A DNA stretch of 64,000 nt, taken from Sarea resinae. Its lineage: Eukaryota. A model generated the notes under the pieces. It made no database searches. It saw nothing but the letters and a program-made list of their open reading frames with translations, and was not told where the DNA came from. Location of the stretch: contig JAPEUD010000006.1 of the NCBI GenBank assembly GCA_026026165.1, positions 186,001 through 250,000 on the forward strand, written 5' to 3'. The stretch's first letter is position 1. Each line of letters opens with the position of its first letter. Made by a program: the position numbers and the translations under genes. Shown in pieces: positions 1 to 13,550 of the stretch.

Positions 1-1240
1 GAAACACAATCGAGAAATCGAAGCGAGAGATCATGAAATAGCAGAAACCAGGGGCATGATGCGTGCTCTAACCAAAGAGGCCTTTGAATTGAAGATGAAG
101 TCGGCGGGTGCAGATGCCGAACGCAGCAGGAACAAGAAATGTAGCGAAGAAGTTGCTAGAATGAAACGCGTCCTTACTGAAAACAAGAAGATGATCAATG
201 CCCTATCAGAAGAGAATATCGAACTCAAGGAGAGGCTCGAAAAGACAGAAGGTGGAGTCAAAGCCAACAGTCCCTCGACTGCCAAACACGTGGATAATAC
301 CGAAACCGCGCCCTTAAAACATATGCCTCGCACGACACTGGGTTCAGCGAGAGGTATGGCAATCCGAAGTGAAGAGCAAGCTTCAAAGCAAGACCCCCCG
401 CTTCCGCCACTCAAGCGATCCCACATTCGGACATTGAAGAATTCCATGAAACGACGGGCTGAGAAGCTCAAAAATCGTGGTAGTGCGCCAGACTCCCACG
501 ACACCTCTGTCACGGGCTTTCCACTACCAGAATACCATCGGCCAGTCAACGTGGAAAACGCTGAAAGCCACTTCAGTAAAGGGAATCAGCCCAATGTTGC
601 TCAATTCCCCGCTCGTTCTGATTTAGACAGTTGGGATGAAGCCATGCTCCAAAACGAGACGCACTGGTACACCCATCAGCTCGTGTCTAATCTCGAGCGC
701 GCGAGTAATCTTTTGGACCAACGCCGCCGAGCCTGGCGCCGAGTTTTCCTAAGATTCGAGCGTACAATGAGATCTCTCCTACAACAAGATGACGGAGATT
801 GGCGCCGCGATCTCACCTCACTAGCCATCAGGATGAATCGAATCTCGGCACAGGAGGTTTTCGGCGACCAGCTGCGCATAACCGAGATCGTGGACGCAGA
901 CAGAGAAGTCGAGAGGAAGTTTCGAGAGCGATGGGGGACGCGTGCCGAGCAGGTTGGGATCATTGTGCAGATGCGGCTGTCCTTGTTTGGAAGGTTACTC
1001 GCGACTCAGATTAGCGATCACGACGACGATGAGCATGACCACGAAGACGAATCAATGAGCCTCGACATCTCGAAGCCTCGTCCAGGTAAATTCTCCAGTG
1101 CTGAGGAGTTTATCGTGAAAGATACGCACCACAGCTAATCCCCTGCAGCCCAGCCACATGCTGCCTCCAAACTAGAGGACAACACCAGCGATGACACTAC
1201 AGCAATTGAAACCTGGAATAGGATCTTAGCTCCACCGTAG
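1..1240 (+). CDS. Hypothetical protein with coiled-coil N-terminal part; 5'-truncated by the window edge
   Basis: Frame is open from base 2 through ORF 56..1138, with an E/K/R-rich helical region. A likely 63-nt intron at 1086-1148 (GTAAAT...GCTAAT...TGCAG) removes the TAA at 1136 and extends the CDS to TAG 1238-1240. Confidence 0.55.
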
Positions 1241-2219
1241 CATCCACAGTCTCGAAGACACGATCAATCTTCCAGACCCACGACCACAACTCAAGCATGT
1301 GACGAAACCGAAAAGATGTCTCGGCCAGAGGAAGCTCCGGGCTAGCGTGCGCAGGAGTGGTTCAACGAACTTGCTGATGATCAAATGTGGGTAGGGCTCA
1401 ATCATATTGCTCCGACTAAAGGGAATGCCGACGTGCTCGGCATTGTAAATCAAAGCAAAGGAGAGGCAATGCAGTGGAAGAAGGGTGATGACAGGCGAAG
1501 TAGACATCTTCGTGCGCGGGAAGAATCTGGGACAATACCAGATGATGGGCGCAAAGACAGTACTGCTCACTTCCCTACAGATCTCTAGACGACAACGATC
1601 GAGCTAGAGGATCGCAGTAGTACGCGCGGAGCGGCAGACGTGGCGGGTGGCCCGCAGACGCCGGCGGAATTACCTCTCGTCCCACAGAAACAGCGCTGAG
1701 TGGTGAATCTGAATTCGAAAAAACGAATAAAGCTCGGCACGTCGTCTTGTCCAGTCGCAGTCCAAACCCCTCTCTGCTTGCTCTACTCTATAGAGAAAAA
1801 GATGCCCTACCTGCAAAGGTACTTTCCCCTCTCCTTCCCGCTCATCACCCGACGCGTTTCTAGCGCACTATCCCCGAAGCGTGGTATCTCGTCGTCACCT
1901 CTGGTCTGGAAAGGACTCTACTTTGCCAGTTACGAAGAGGACGTTTTTTCTCTCGTTTGTCTACCGTTATGCTCACCGGTCGGGTGGAATGGCAGATTGG
2001 GAAGATAGGTCTTCTTAGATGGCGGTCATCACTTTATATTATATCGTATGATATCCCTATAGTCCTCTACTTCTACCGTACCCTCCTTCGACCACCTTGT
2101 GTAGGGCAGGAAAGTGATATCAATCCATCCATCATGATAGTGACAGTCATAGTGATAGTAGCAGTAGTAGTCGTCATCGTCGTCGTCGTTGTAACATTAC
2201 ACCCAATATCCGGCTACAG

Positions 2220-2870
2220 AAATGGATCCAGACCCGGATCCAGACCCGGATTCAAGCATGCGTGCCTGTTATGCAACATCGAATATAGAATATAGAGTTT
2301 CAGAGCTGAGATATTGATATTGATATTGATATTGATATCGATATTAGTATGCGATCCGATGATATACTGAACCACTGAACCAGTGGCATAGTGGCATAGC
2401 CATCAGAGTATCAGAGGATGAGAGGATGAGAGAATGAGAGCATCAGAGTATCAGAGTATCAGATAGACTAGATAGACTAGATGAATGGATTAGATGACCA
2501 AGAAGGCCGACATAACCAACCATATTGACCATACCCTACCCACCGAACAACCAAACAACCGAACAACCAAGCGGACGATCAACGTGAAGACAGAAACAAG
2601 CCAAGAGCAGAGCAGAAGTAAAGAAGAGGGAATCCCCACTCGCTCACTCGCTCGCTCGGTCCGCAAATCTGCAAATATGCAGATGCTAATCCCAGTAAAA
2701 GGAACCAAAGACGCTGAGCCCAATGCCATCCGTGCGGCTAGAGGAAAACGCCGGTAGGATTCGAGACTAGACCCCGACCTAGACTCGGTACCAGACTCGG
2801 TACCAGACTCGGTACCAGACCCAGACCAAGACCCAGCAAAAACGAACGACGACAACAACGACGACGGACA
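2220..2870. repeat. Cluster of short tandem micro-duplications
   Basis: (GGATCCAGACCC)2, (GATATT)n, (GTGGCATA)2, GAGGATGA repeats, ATCAGAGT repeats, (TAGACTAGA)2 and (GACTCGGTACCA)3, between convergent genes. Confidence 0.8.
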
Positions 2871-2872
2871 AA

Positions 2873-4927
2873 CTACCACATCTCGTCCTCATCCTCGACC
2901 AGGTCCTCCTCCTGGGTCGCGAGACGGCGGCCCCGCTCGCGCTCGCGCATGCGCCGCTCCTGCCGCGTCACCAGCCGCGGCGTCACCGGCGTCATGGGCG
3001 TCATGGGCATGTAGGGGCTGTATGGGACCTGGGGCAGGCCGCCGGGGGTGCGGGCGCTGTAGGGCATGGAGGCGTAGGGGTCGGGGTTGTTGTTGGCGGT
3101 GGTGGGTGACAGGGTTTGTTGGTGTTGGTGTTGCTGGTGGGAATAATGGTTTGGGGGAGGGAGGGAGAGGACGGTGGTTTTGGTCGTTGGGCTGGTGATG
3201 GTGGCGGGGGCATTTTCTTGTTGGTGCTGATGAGGATGACGGCTCTGGTCTTGGCTTTGGTTTTGGTAGGTGGGCGAGAAGAGAGCGGGAGAGAGAGGCT
3301 GAGGGTGAAAGGAGTGCGGCTGGTTGGGCGATTGCGGCGCCAGCGGGTAGAGATCCGTGCTTGGTTTGAGCAGGAACGTGGGCGTGGGCAGCGGAGGCGC
3401 GTACGTGGTCTGGGGGGCCGGGGAGGTCGGGTTATAGGATTGCAGCGAGGCGTTGGAGCGAAAGGGAAGGGTCGAGGTCGTGCTGTTCGTGGCGCTGTTG
3501 CTGTTGCTGTTGCTACTATGGCTATAGCTTTTTTGATGGTGGTCGGTCGGGATAGCCAGCGGCAGCAGTTGCGTCCTCGAGGAGCCATGGTTCCCGTGGG
3601 CTGGCGGGTTCTTCTGCCGCCGCTGGGGCGACGAGAGCGGGATCGGCTGCGGCGCATGCTTCTGGAGGCGTGGCTGGTACACCTGCGGGAAGTTCTGCCG
3701 CGATGTCGCACTGCTGGGTGTCGGCTCGTGCGGGGTGGTGGGCGAGGGGCCCGGCGCTTGTGCGTGGGCGTGGGCGTGGGCGTGGGCGTGGTGAACAGCG
3801 AGGGGTGGCGGAGGAACGACCAGCGGCGGTGGCGGCACGCGGATACGCTGCGGGTTTGAAAGCGGCGGCGAGTCCTTGGGCAAGGGTGGCGGCACGGGCG
3901 AGGGCGGCGACTCGAAGAAGAGCCGCGGTGTCGTCGGGCTTCTGTACGCTTCGGCGTCCGAGGCCTCGGTGACGGTGGGACTGCGGGCGTAGTCGAATTG
4001 CGAGTATTGCGGCGACGCGATCGGGCCGGAGATGCCCAGGTCGCGGATGCTGGGTCGCCGCCCTTTGCCCCATGACTTGTTGCTGTTGATGGTGCTGAGC
4101 GAGACCTTGCTGGCGAGCGAGCCCATGCTCAGCCGCGAGAGACGGGATTTCTTGTGCTCGGCTGATTCCTGCGGCGAAGAGGGCAATGGTGGAGGCGATG
4201 CGGCGACGCCGTGCTGAGGGGGCGGGCTGTCCCAGGACTCAAAGTCCTGATCGGCTTCCCGTTCGTAGACCAGATCCATCGGCCGCCGTGCTTCTTGGCC
4301 CATGACGGCATTGTAAAGCCGCTCCATCTCCTCCTCACGCTTGAGGCGGTCGTTCTCGATGACATGCTCGTCAAACGTCACCACGCTGTTCTGCTGCGAG
4401 AGCTGCCCGATCCCTTTATGATTCTTCTTCTTGCCCGGACTCGGCCAGGCAAACTTGGCCGCGCTGGCGCCCGACGTGGGCGTCTTGAAGGGGTCCGTGT
4501 AGCCGGACACGGGCGAGGGGTCGTAGTTGTTCTTCGAGGCCATGACCGGCGGCAGCATCTCCATGCTCACCAAGCTGTGGGTCTTGATCTGGCGACGGAG
4601 TCGGCGCCCGATGAAGAAGATGGCACTGGCGACGATGCACGCCGTGGCGAGGTAGGAGCCGACGATGCCGCAGATCTGGCCTGCAAGCAGCGATTTGTCG
4701 CGACTGGCTCCGCGCGAGATGGGAGGGCATTCGTCGGGCGGCGGAGCCGGGCCTTCGTCGATATGGACTCCCCAGATACTCGGCTTCGCATCGGCGAGGG
4801 AAAGATGGCAGCAGAAGCAGAAGACGACGAGGGACAGGAACATGGAGCAGCTGGTGGAGGTCATGTTAGACGACGGGCGAGCGTGCGACGACGACGACGA
4901 CGGTGACGCTGCCCTTGGAGAAGACAA
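2873..4927 (-). CDS. Pro/Ser-rich single-pass membrane protein (fungal hypothetical)
   Basis: 684-aa intronless ORF. Hydrophobic signal-like segment (FLSLVVFCFCCHLSLA), TM helix (QICGIVGSYLATACIVASAIFFIG) followed by RRLRR, long S/T-P-rich tail ending PYSPYMPMTPMTPVTPRLVT. True start probably an internal ATG near 4843-4864. Confidence 0.75.
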   Translation of the reverse strand: MSSPRAASPSSSSSHARPSSNMTSTSCSMFLSLVVFCFCCHLSLADAKPSIWGVHIDEGPAPPPDECPPISRGASRDKSLLAGQICGIVGSYLATACIVASAIFFIGRRLRRQIKTHSLVSMEMLPPVMASKNNYDPSPVSGYTDPFKTPTSGASAAKFAWPSPGKKKNHKGIGQLSQQNSVVTFDEHVIENDRLKREEEMERLYNAVMGQEARRPMDLVYEREADQDFESWDSPPPQHGVAASPPPLPSSPQESAEHKKSRLSRLSMGSLASKVSLSTINSNKSWGKGRRPSIRDLGISGPIASPQYSQFDYARSPTVTEASDAEAYRSPTTPRLFFESPPSPVPPPLPKDSPPLSNPQRIRVPPPPLVVPPPPLAVHHAHAHAHAHAQAPGPSPTTPHEPTPSSATSRQNFPQVYQPRLQKHAPQPIPLSSPQRRQKNPPAHGNHGSSRTQLLPLAIPTDHHQKSYSHSSNSNSNSATNSTTSTLPFRSNASLQSYNPTSPAPQTTYAPPLPTPTFLLKPSTDLYPLAPQSPNQPHSFHPQPLSPALFSPTYQNQSQDQSRHPHQHQQENAPATITSPTTKTTVLSLPPPNHYSHQQHQHQQTLSPTTANNNPDPYASMPYSARTPGGLPQVPYSPYMPMTPMTPVTPRLVTRQERRMRERERGRRLATQEEDLVEDEDEMW

Positions 4928-5776
4928 AACCCATGCGATTCACAGGCAATCAACGGGAAATGGGAGATTACATTCATGTTTAGAGCTGGCTGCGAGCTGG
5001 GGGAGTTTTATTCAGAAGCAAAGATACTGCACGCAGAGAGGAGCGGGTATGTGCAGCAGGTGCAGCGAGCAGAAGGCGATCGACGACGACGATTGGCGGT
5101 GATGCGGAGGGGCCCGAGATGCTGTGAGACGAGACCGGGGCCAGTGCAGCGCATCGATGGATCAGCATATAATTAGCTTGCGGCCATTGAACCCATTCAC
5201 CCCATTCACCCCATTCAATCCATTCGAGTCTCCCCTCTAAGCGCCCGTCCAGTCCACCATCAACACCGCCCCGGTCCCGCCCCCGTCCCGCCCCGCCCCC
5301 GTCCCTGACCCTCGCTAGCCAATCCACTGCGGGGGCCGCGCCTCGCCCCATCACCTTCGATACGATTACTCCGTAGTACAAAGTACAAAGAACTTCCTAC
5401 CTTATCCAAGGTCGTCCTCCGTACTGTGTAGTCCGTAGCTCTTCGCATGTCTGAGCACCATCTTGGCGGCAACATCAGTGCACGTGTCTCTCGCGCACGA
5501 TCGCACACCAGTCGCCAGACGGTCATGTCCGACGTACGAGGGTACCAAAGTCGCACAGATCGGACATCGAATTCGTCTACTACGTAGTAGGTACCTCGCT
5601 ATCGAATGGTATATCATACAGAGAACATCACTGCCCGTCTCGGGCACCGTGAACTCCGGCCCAGCAATGCCAATGTGGCCATCCAACCATCAGACCAGCA
5701 AACAGGGAGGGTATCATCGTCATCGTCCCCAAGCAACGCCCACCATACCGAGAGAGTGCAAAACTATCAAAAAGGC

Positions 5777-8058
5777 CTACTTCTTCCCCTTGCCCTTCTT
5801 TCCCTTCTTGCTCGGCGCCGGAGGACCCGGCACGCTCACCGTTCCCTCGACGATGTCCTCGCCCTCGCCCTTCAACCTTTCCGTCCCGCTGATGAAGAAA
5901 CTCAAATCTCGATTCTCTTCCTTGAGCGCCTCGACCTCCTTGCCCTTCTCCTCACACCCCACCTTGAGAGCCTCCATCTCTCGGTTCAAATGCTTAATCT
6001 TCTCCATCAGACTCCCATTCATCGCTTTCTCCTCTCGCCATTCCTTCTCCATCTTGCGCGCCATCGTCTCGAACTTCTCCGCTTTGCGCTCGGCGCGTGC
6101 ACGGTCTCGTTCGAGGGCCGGGATCGTCGACTCGAGCAGATGGGCATGATCAGACTGGAGCAGCGAGAGGTCATGCGACGCTTTCGTGGCAGCCGCGGCG
6201 GCCTTTTCTGCCGTGGCTGCGGCTTGAGATGCCTTGTCTGCGGCACGCTCGACTTTCTCTTCAAAGTAAAGGCGCTGGGAATCGAGCTGTGATGTCAAGA
6301 GGTAGGCATACTCCATGCCAATGTTGTCTAGCTTCTCGCGGGGTACATAATCTTCGACGGTGCCGCTTAAGGCCGAATTGGAGTTGGAATTGTTGGCGGC
6401 CGTGTTGTTGAGTGCCGAGGGCAGCTCGACGAGCTTACCGTCGGATTTGGTCTGAATGAGGCGATGGACGTAGCCGTCGCCGGCGTAGTCCCAAACCCGC
6501 TGCGTCTCGACGTCCATGGCGTAACAGTGGGACGTTTGCTGGTAATGCGCGAAAGCATGGGCTTCGTCGTAGCGCCCGCAGCCGATATTGCCGCAAATGA
6601 GACTGCTGGATGTTAGTTGGTGATCATCGGTAAAATTATTCACTGCACATACCAGATCCAGAGATTTGCCTCAGATCCACATACGCTGCACTCATTCCCT
6701 CGTAGCTCGTCATCCAAGCCATGAGCCCTTTTCCCGCTGATAGCATCGCCCTGAGTGTACCGACATACAGGACACCCACCACCGCGCCATTTTTGTAAGC
6801 AAGCACAATGAAAGACATGCTGACACAATATTGTGAGTAAGCCCGTCGTCTCATCCATACGCTCTAAACAAACAGGGCAAGTTGGTAATTCTATCAGGGA
6901 TGGCGTGGGAGGCGCTAGAGGTTTCGTAGTCAACGAAGCCGGTGTGAGTGGTGTTGGTCCTCCAGCGGACGACGTCCCGGGGGTTAGGGACGCAGCCTGG
7001 TTCTGCTTTCTGATCGCTGGAGTGAATGGATCATGGGTCATATCAGGGAAATTGGATGGATCGGCCGTCGGACTTGGGGTCTCGAAAGTAATGCTCTTGA
7101 CAAACACAACATGGCAGTTCTCCGGCTAGTAACTTTTAGCAATTCTTCAAGCATGATGGAATATTCGAACACTCACCTCCATACTGTTGAACACCTTTCC
7201 ATTGTACTCCTTTCTCCATTCCTTCGCCTTCTTAGCACTCCTGAACTTCATGAGAACCATGTATCTGTTTGTTGCGCCAGTTCGGATCATCCTGAAATGA
7301 GTGACTTCATCGCGCGTCTTCTCGCCAACAAAACCCAGGAAATCCGACGGCGTAAGGTAGGAAGGCACTGCTAATATGCACAATGTCGTACAGTCCTTTT
7401 CGTCAAAAGACTTCCCTTCTCCAACACCATCCCCACCCTTCGCCTGTGTGGAACCCTTCCTGTTTGCGCTGTCGTCGTCATGCAGACTAGGCGTTTCTTC
7501 GGCATCCCGATAGAGGTGGACTACACCCCATCCAACCTCCGTATTCTTCGGGTTCAAAGGCACATATCGACCCTTCGTAGCAAGCCCTCCAGGGCCTGCC
7601 CCAATTCCACTCGATATACGATCCGTCGACTTCGCCTTGGCTCTCTTTTCGGCTTGCGTTTCCGAAACCATGTCGATAGATTCAATAGACACTCGATCGA
7701 ATCGCCAGTCCTGATGCTGTATATTCTTCGACTTTGATTTGTAACTTGAAGTGTCGACAGTAGGAGTTGAATTTGATGAATGTTGGTAGGGTGTCGCCCG
7801 CTGACGGATGGGTACGTGAACGTTTGGATCGTTGTCCTCTAAGGGCAGGTCGTCGTTGTATGTTGGCAGATTGATCGTCGGACGGGTAGCTTCGCCCTCC
7901 GCTCTCTTTGAGCGCTCATGAGAGGGGAATGACGTTTGAAATATGTCGGTTTCTGGTGGTGGCAAGTAAACTGTATAATCTGATGCATTGCAGCCTGTTC
8001 GAGACAGTCCCGGAGCAGGATATAGTTCGAAAGAGATGTGATAAAAGTACGACAGCAT
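5777..8058 (-). CDS. ETP1: BRAP2/ETP1-family RING-H2 + ZnF-UBP ubiquitin ligase
   Basis: Exons 8058-7177, 7125-6653, 6602-5777. BRAP2 domain (LCILAVP...RYMVLMKF...YNGKVFNSME), RING CPVCLERMD..CQHVFHCACL..CPVC, ZnF-UBP (CSVC..LWICLICGNIGCGRY..HA..H..RVWDY), C-terminal coiled coil. Confidence 0.93.
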
Positions 8059-8516
8059 TAGGCTGGAACGAGCATCCTGAAATGAGGATTCAGCATTTCA
8101 GAGTCTGCCAGAGGATTCTTGTCGATGTTATGGAGTGGTTCATTTCAGTATGTCAGTGGGGAGTAGTGGGGTGCGATTTGGTGATGTTTATCGGCCATCA
8201 CGTGCAAGTATTGCTTTCGGATTCAACGTTGTTAAGAGCTGTATCTTAAGCTACCTTATTTAGAATCACGAAATGAGTCATCTGAACTGATAATTCGTAA
8301 AGCTAACAAAATATAAAGTTTATAAAAAAGCAATTGTGCGTATTTGCCACACGGAACTATTGCATTTGGACTATTTGAAAGAATATGTATGCCACCTGGC
8401 TTAGGTCAGAAAAGAAGCCATTGCGCCCCGTCCGACCCGCTGAACGGAAGAATTGTAGTGTCGTTTCAAGGCCACCCAGTCAAAGAAATATCCCAAATTC
8501 ATTACCAGCCACTGAA

Positions 8517-9580
<1,064 letters not shown>

Positions 9581-11187
9581 CTAGAGAGAGCTGATGCTGA
9601 GGGATAGAGGCAGAGTGCTTCTGTTCAGGCTTCGAGAGAGTAAAAAGGCTCGATATGGTGATGTTGGTGGATGTAGGAGAAGAGGTTGGAGGATGATGCG
9701 GAGTCGCCTTATGTAGTCAGCGTCTCAGCGGGATGGACTGAGATGAATGACACACATGAGGCGGAGGAACTCGCAACCGCTGCGCCTTGCTCTAAGCGAA
9801 CCAATCTACGGAAGACGGACCAAGTACTTCGTACCGATAACGGAAGGTGCACGAAATGGCTGGAAGGTGAAGGACCGAGACTGATGGGCGAATTACTCAG
9901 CACCACTCCCTCGTCCTTCGTACCTACCTTAGTGCACACCGCACTTCCATTGAGGGGCAACACGGAATGGCACCGACCTACTGCGCAAGCCGCTATCAGC
10001 AGACACCCGGGTTCGTTTGGTGCGATGTTTGTTTTGCATGCATGGATTGATTGATGAATTTTCACTCTTAGAGATGTTACAGGGAAAATCCACTCGTCGC
10101 CCCTCAGAAGGGAGGCCTTAATCCAGCTCTTGAAGGGCTACCTACCTTACCTCTCTAGTACCCAAGGTAGTATATCTGCGCTTCCTTCTCCTTCCGGCGA
10201 GCGAGAGGTGGTAGCGGAGGGTACGAAATACAAGTACCTTACTGCCTTGCTTGATCTTAGCCCCTCTAACGTCACCACGCCTAGAGCTATGTGATAAGGA
10301 CGGGAACCTGGAGACCACAACAACTGGAAGGTACCGGATAAGGTAGGCAGGTGATCTTAGCAATTCAACCTCTGAACTTCATCAACCACACTACTAACAC
10401 ACGAAGAACAGAGAGATACCTTACGGAACTACTCCGTACAGTCCCTTACCTGGCATCCTCATTTCGCTTCTGCATCCCAGGTCTGACCACGGAGTACTAC
10501 TTATCAACGTGTCCGGCTGACCTCCAGAATCTTACCTATCTTATCTTCTCCTTCTCAGTCTTCCATCGCATGACCACCGCTCCGTCTGCATCCTACTATG
10601 CCAGCCGCTGCGTCCTGGACCCGCTTGAAGCATTCTTGCCCGAAGACCGTATGAGCACGCACGCTAATCTGAGCTGCTCGCTGCCACTTACCCCACAACC
10701 CTTATTCACTACGCCCTCCAAATTGATCCATGACTGTAGATCGCACCGCCCGTCTACGTTTGCTTGAGATGAAAAGAGGTCGATTTCCGTTCTAGATACA
10801 GCATTGACGGAGAATCACTCGAGACTCAATCTTCAATCTCAACAACGAGCGAAAGCGAATAAACAAGTTTCGTATCAGACGCCGCCAAAGTGCTGACGTG
10901 ATCTTCGTGATCATCGATCATACAAATCTTCATCAGTCATGAATCGGACCGTCAGTTCAAGACGCTATGCGAGCAGAAGAAAATCAGGAAAAAGATAAAA
11001 GACATTGCTGCACCATCCCGCCGACGCTCACATCAAGCCATCGTACTTGCACAATCAGAGGAAAAGGAAATTGGGTAAAGAACGACATCGTTGAGGCGAA
11101 GACCATTGGGGAATCATCGTAAAAGGCAGCAAAACGAGCAAAACGTAGACTTGGACGAGGAGCTAATGATATGCTGAATAGCCATTC

Positions 11188-13550
11188 TTAGTTGGAACGG
11201 ATGACCAGCTTGGCGAGGAACTTGTTCGACAAGCAGTCAAAGTCCTGGCGGTCGAATTTTGACTCGGAACGTTTCTTCAGATAGGTTTCTAGAAAGCACT
11301 GTTAGTTGGGCAATATTGAAGAAATGGCTACGGGACAACCGTACCATATTTGCTGACATGCTCTCGCATCTCGGTCATGGCATCACAGACAGCGTGATTT
11401 GAGTTCAAGAGATGATGGTGCTTCCTCGTGTCCCATTCACTGATTGAGGGAAGCTTCTGCGAGATTGCGGAAAATAGGCCAACAATGACGCCGACGGGCG
11501 TTGTCTCCATGTCGTTGCAGAATTTCTGAACTGCCATTTCATCCGGGACGCGATAGTGGCAATCAAATTGCATCTCCTCCCAGACGGCCAAAAGGATGGC
11601 GGCCAGCATGAATATCGTGGGCCAATTCTTCAGCTTGTCCCCACTGTATACGCTAGAATACAGGGACGACAACTCTTCAAGAATGTCCTTCTGGAGCTCG
11701 CGCCACATTTCTGCCAAGGCGAATTTGACTTGGAAGTTGATCATAACCGGTGCAGCAGTCTTGCCTCTGAACTTCGAGCTTTCCTGATAGATCTTTCCGG
11801 GGAGACGGTCTTCCTCCGAGAGATCCTCGACCAGGGTCACATGCATTGTCAAGTTATACGCCAATACAAGCTTCAGAGCCTTCCGGATCACGGGGAGCTT
11901 CTCGCGGAGATAGTAGCGGTATGCTGTCTTGAGTATTTCCGTGAGAAAAGGCGTGCCATCGAAGAAGTCGTCGACGAACTTGTCAAATCCACCATCGATA
12001 TGTCGGTCGAGATATTCCGAAAGCTGAGCTCTGGAAATACCTTCAACTCCTGCTGACAACTTTGCCGTAGTGACTGCATAATCCTGTGGCATCTTGGGGT
12101 TGTTCTCAGTCGTCTCGGTCCAGTACGCCCCGAAGCATCTCTCGTCGCGGACATACACTTCTCTTGCAGTAATCGGCAAGAAGTATCCATACCCATGGGT
12201 AATAAATAGGCTCCTTTCCGTGGGCGCGAAACCCTTGATATTGCTGACTGAGAAGCCTAGACTAGCATGTCTTTCAAAGTCCGCTTTCCAGTCTTTCATA
12301 AAGTAACCAATATCCTTGATGTCGATACGAGTGCACGGGACTTGCCATAGCCGTGCATGAGAAGGCTGACATCCAGCACAAGGCTCTCCTTTATCGCAAG
12401 TTTTCTTGAGGAACTTGCATCGCAGGCAAGCCCTGAGCTTTCTTATCTCACTGGCTTGCTTCCTCTGGTCGGGACGTAGGGGGCCCCGTCTTCTGCCAAC
12501 GCGCTTCTCGGTATCCTTCTTCGGCGTCGTCGACGGTCGTCGAATGACTGGCTTTGTGGCCTTTGCTATCGGACTTTTACGCGAACCTCGCCTGGCTGAT
12601 GGGGATCCTGAGCCTGGCTTTGGAGAGGTTCGAGCGGACTGCGACTTCTTGATAGGAACCGGGTCTACGGCAGCTGACGGGCTGAGGATCGCCGCTTGGC
12701 AATGACCATGTTCATCATGCTGATGATTGTGCATCATTGCCGACTCGGCGTGCAGGAGAAGCTCCGCCTGAGTATCGGATTCCGGCGAGTTTAACGGGTA
12801 TGGCACCTCTTCGAAGCTACTTCCGAAGGAATATCTCGAGTGATCGATATCCGAGTGTGATGAATCAGACTGCGTGCGAATATGCAGAGTCTGGCTCGGA
12901 TTGAAAATTGCCCCATTCTGAGGGTCCGAGTATGAAGAGTCATATGACTGGCGGTAGTCGACCGCAGCCCAGCCATTGTCGCTGCTTGAACTAGTGAGCG
13001 AGCGGACCTCGAGATAGGTGTCGGTTGGCGAACTGTCGGGAAGATTTTGTGGCGCCAGAGAAGCATCCGTGAGGCCCTCTGAGGCATTTGGGTATGCTAG
13101 AAGCTCACTCGAGAACTCGCTCCAAGTAAAGGGCAGGCCGTCGAAACTCCCAGCAAGCGGGAGGAAGGATCCGTCCATCTGCAGGCTTGCGTCCATTGGC
13201 GCTTGGGTTGCCGACATATAGTCGATCGGGGACGTCTGAAAGGCATTGAAAGGTCCAGTGAATTGGGGGGCGGCAGGCGTGGCATCCTGGGCGTAGGCCA
13301 GCTGAGCAGCCTGTTGGATCTGCCAGTCCGTAAGCAGCGTTGAAGACTGCGATGTCGCTTGCTGTTGATATTCGTTGCCGCCGGTGGATTGTAGAGGTGC
13401 GGTTGCGTTCCTGGTCAGGGTCGGATTCTGAGCCACATTCTGCTCCATAGGCATCGGCCACGACGCCCTCGGGACATAGGAGAAGCGCTGTCCTCGAGGG
13501 TCGTAGTCGAGGCCGATGAGGCCTTCCCCTGAGTAATCGAGGTTCGCCAT
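11188..13550 (-). CDS. Zn(II)2Cys6 fungal transcription factor
   Basis: Basic region plus CLRCKFLKKTCDKGEPCAGC..HARLWQVPC, and a C-terminal helical domain. Intron 11344-11289 joins KY|ETYLKKRSESKFDRQDFDCLSNKFLAKLVIRSN-stop. Confidence 0.9.

Noticed and set aside
2780..2830. (GACTCGGTACCA)3 as a CRISPR-like array
   Set aside because: No spacers, eukaryotic context; a simple tandem duplication.
3001..5102. Many long alternative-frame and antisense ORFs over the Pro-rich gene
   Set aside because: Shadow ORFs caused by high GC and codon bias; R/G/A-rich with no motifs.
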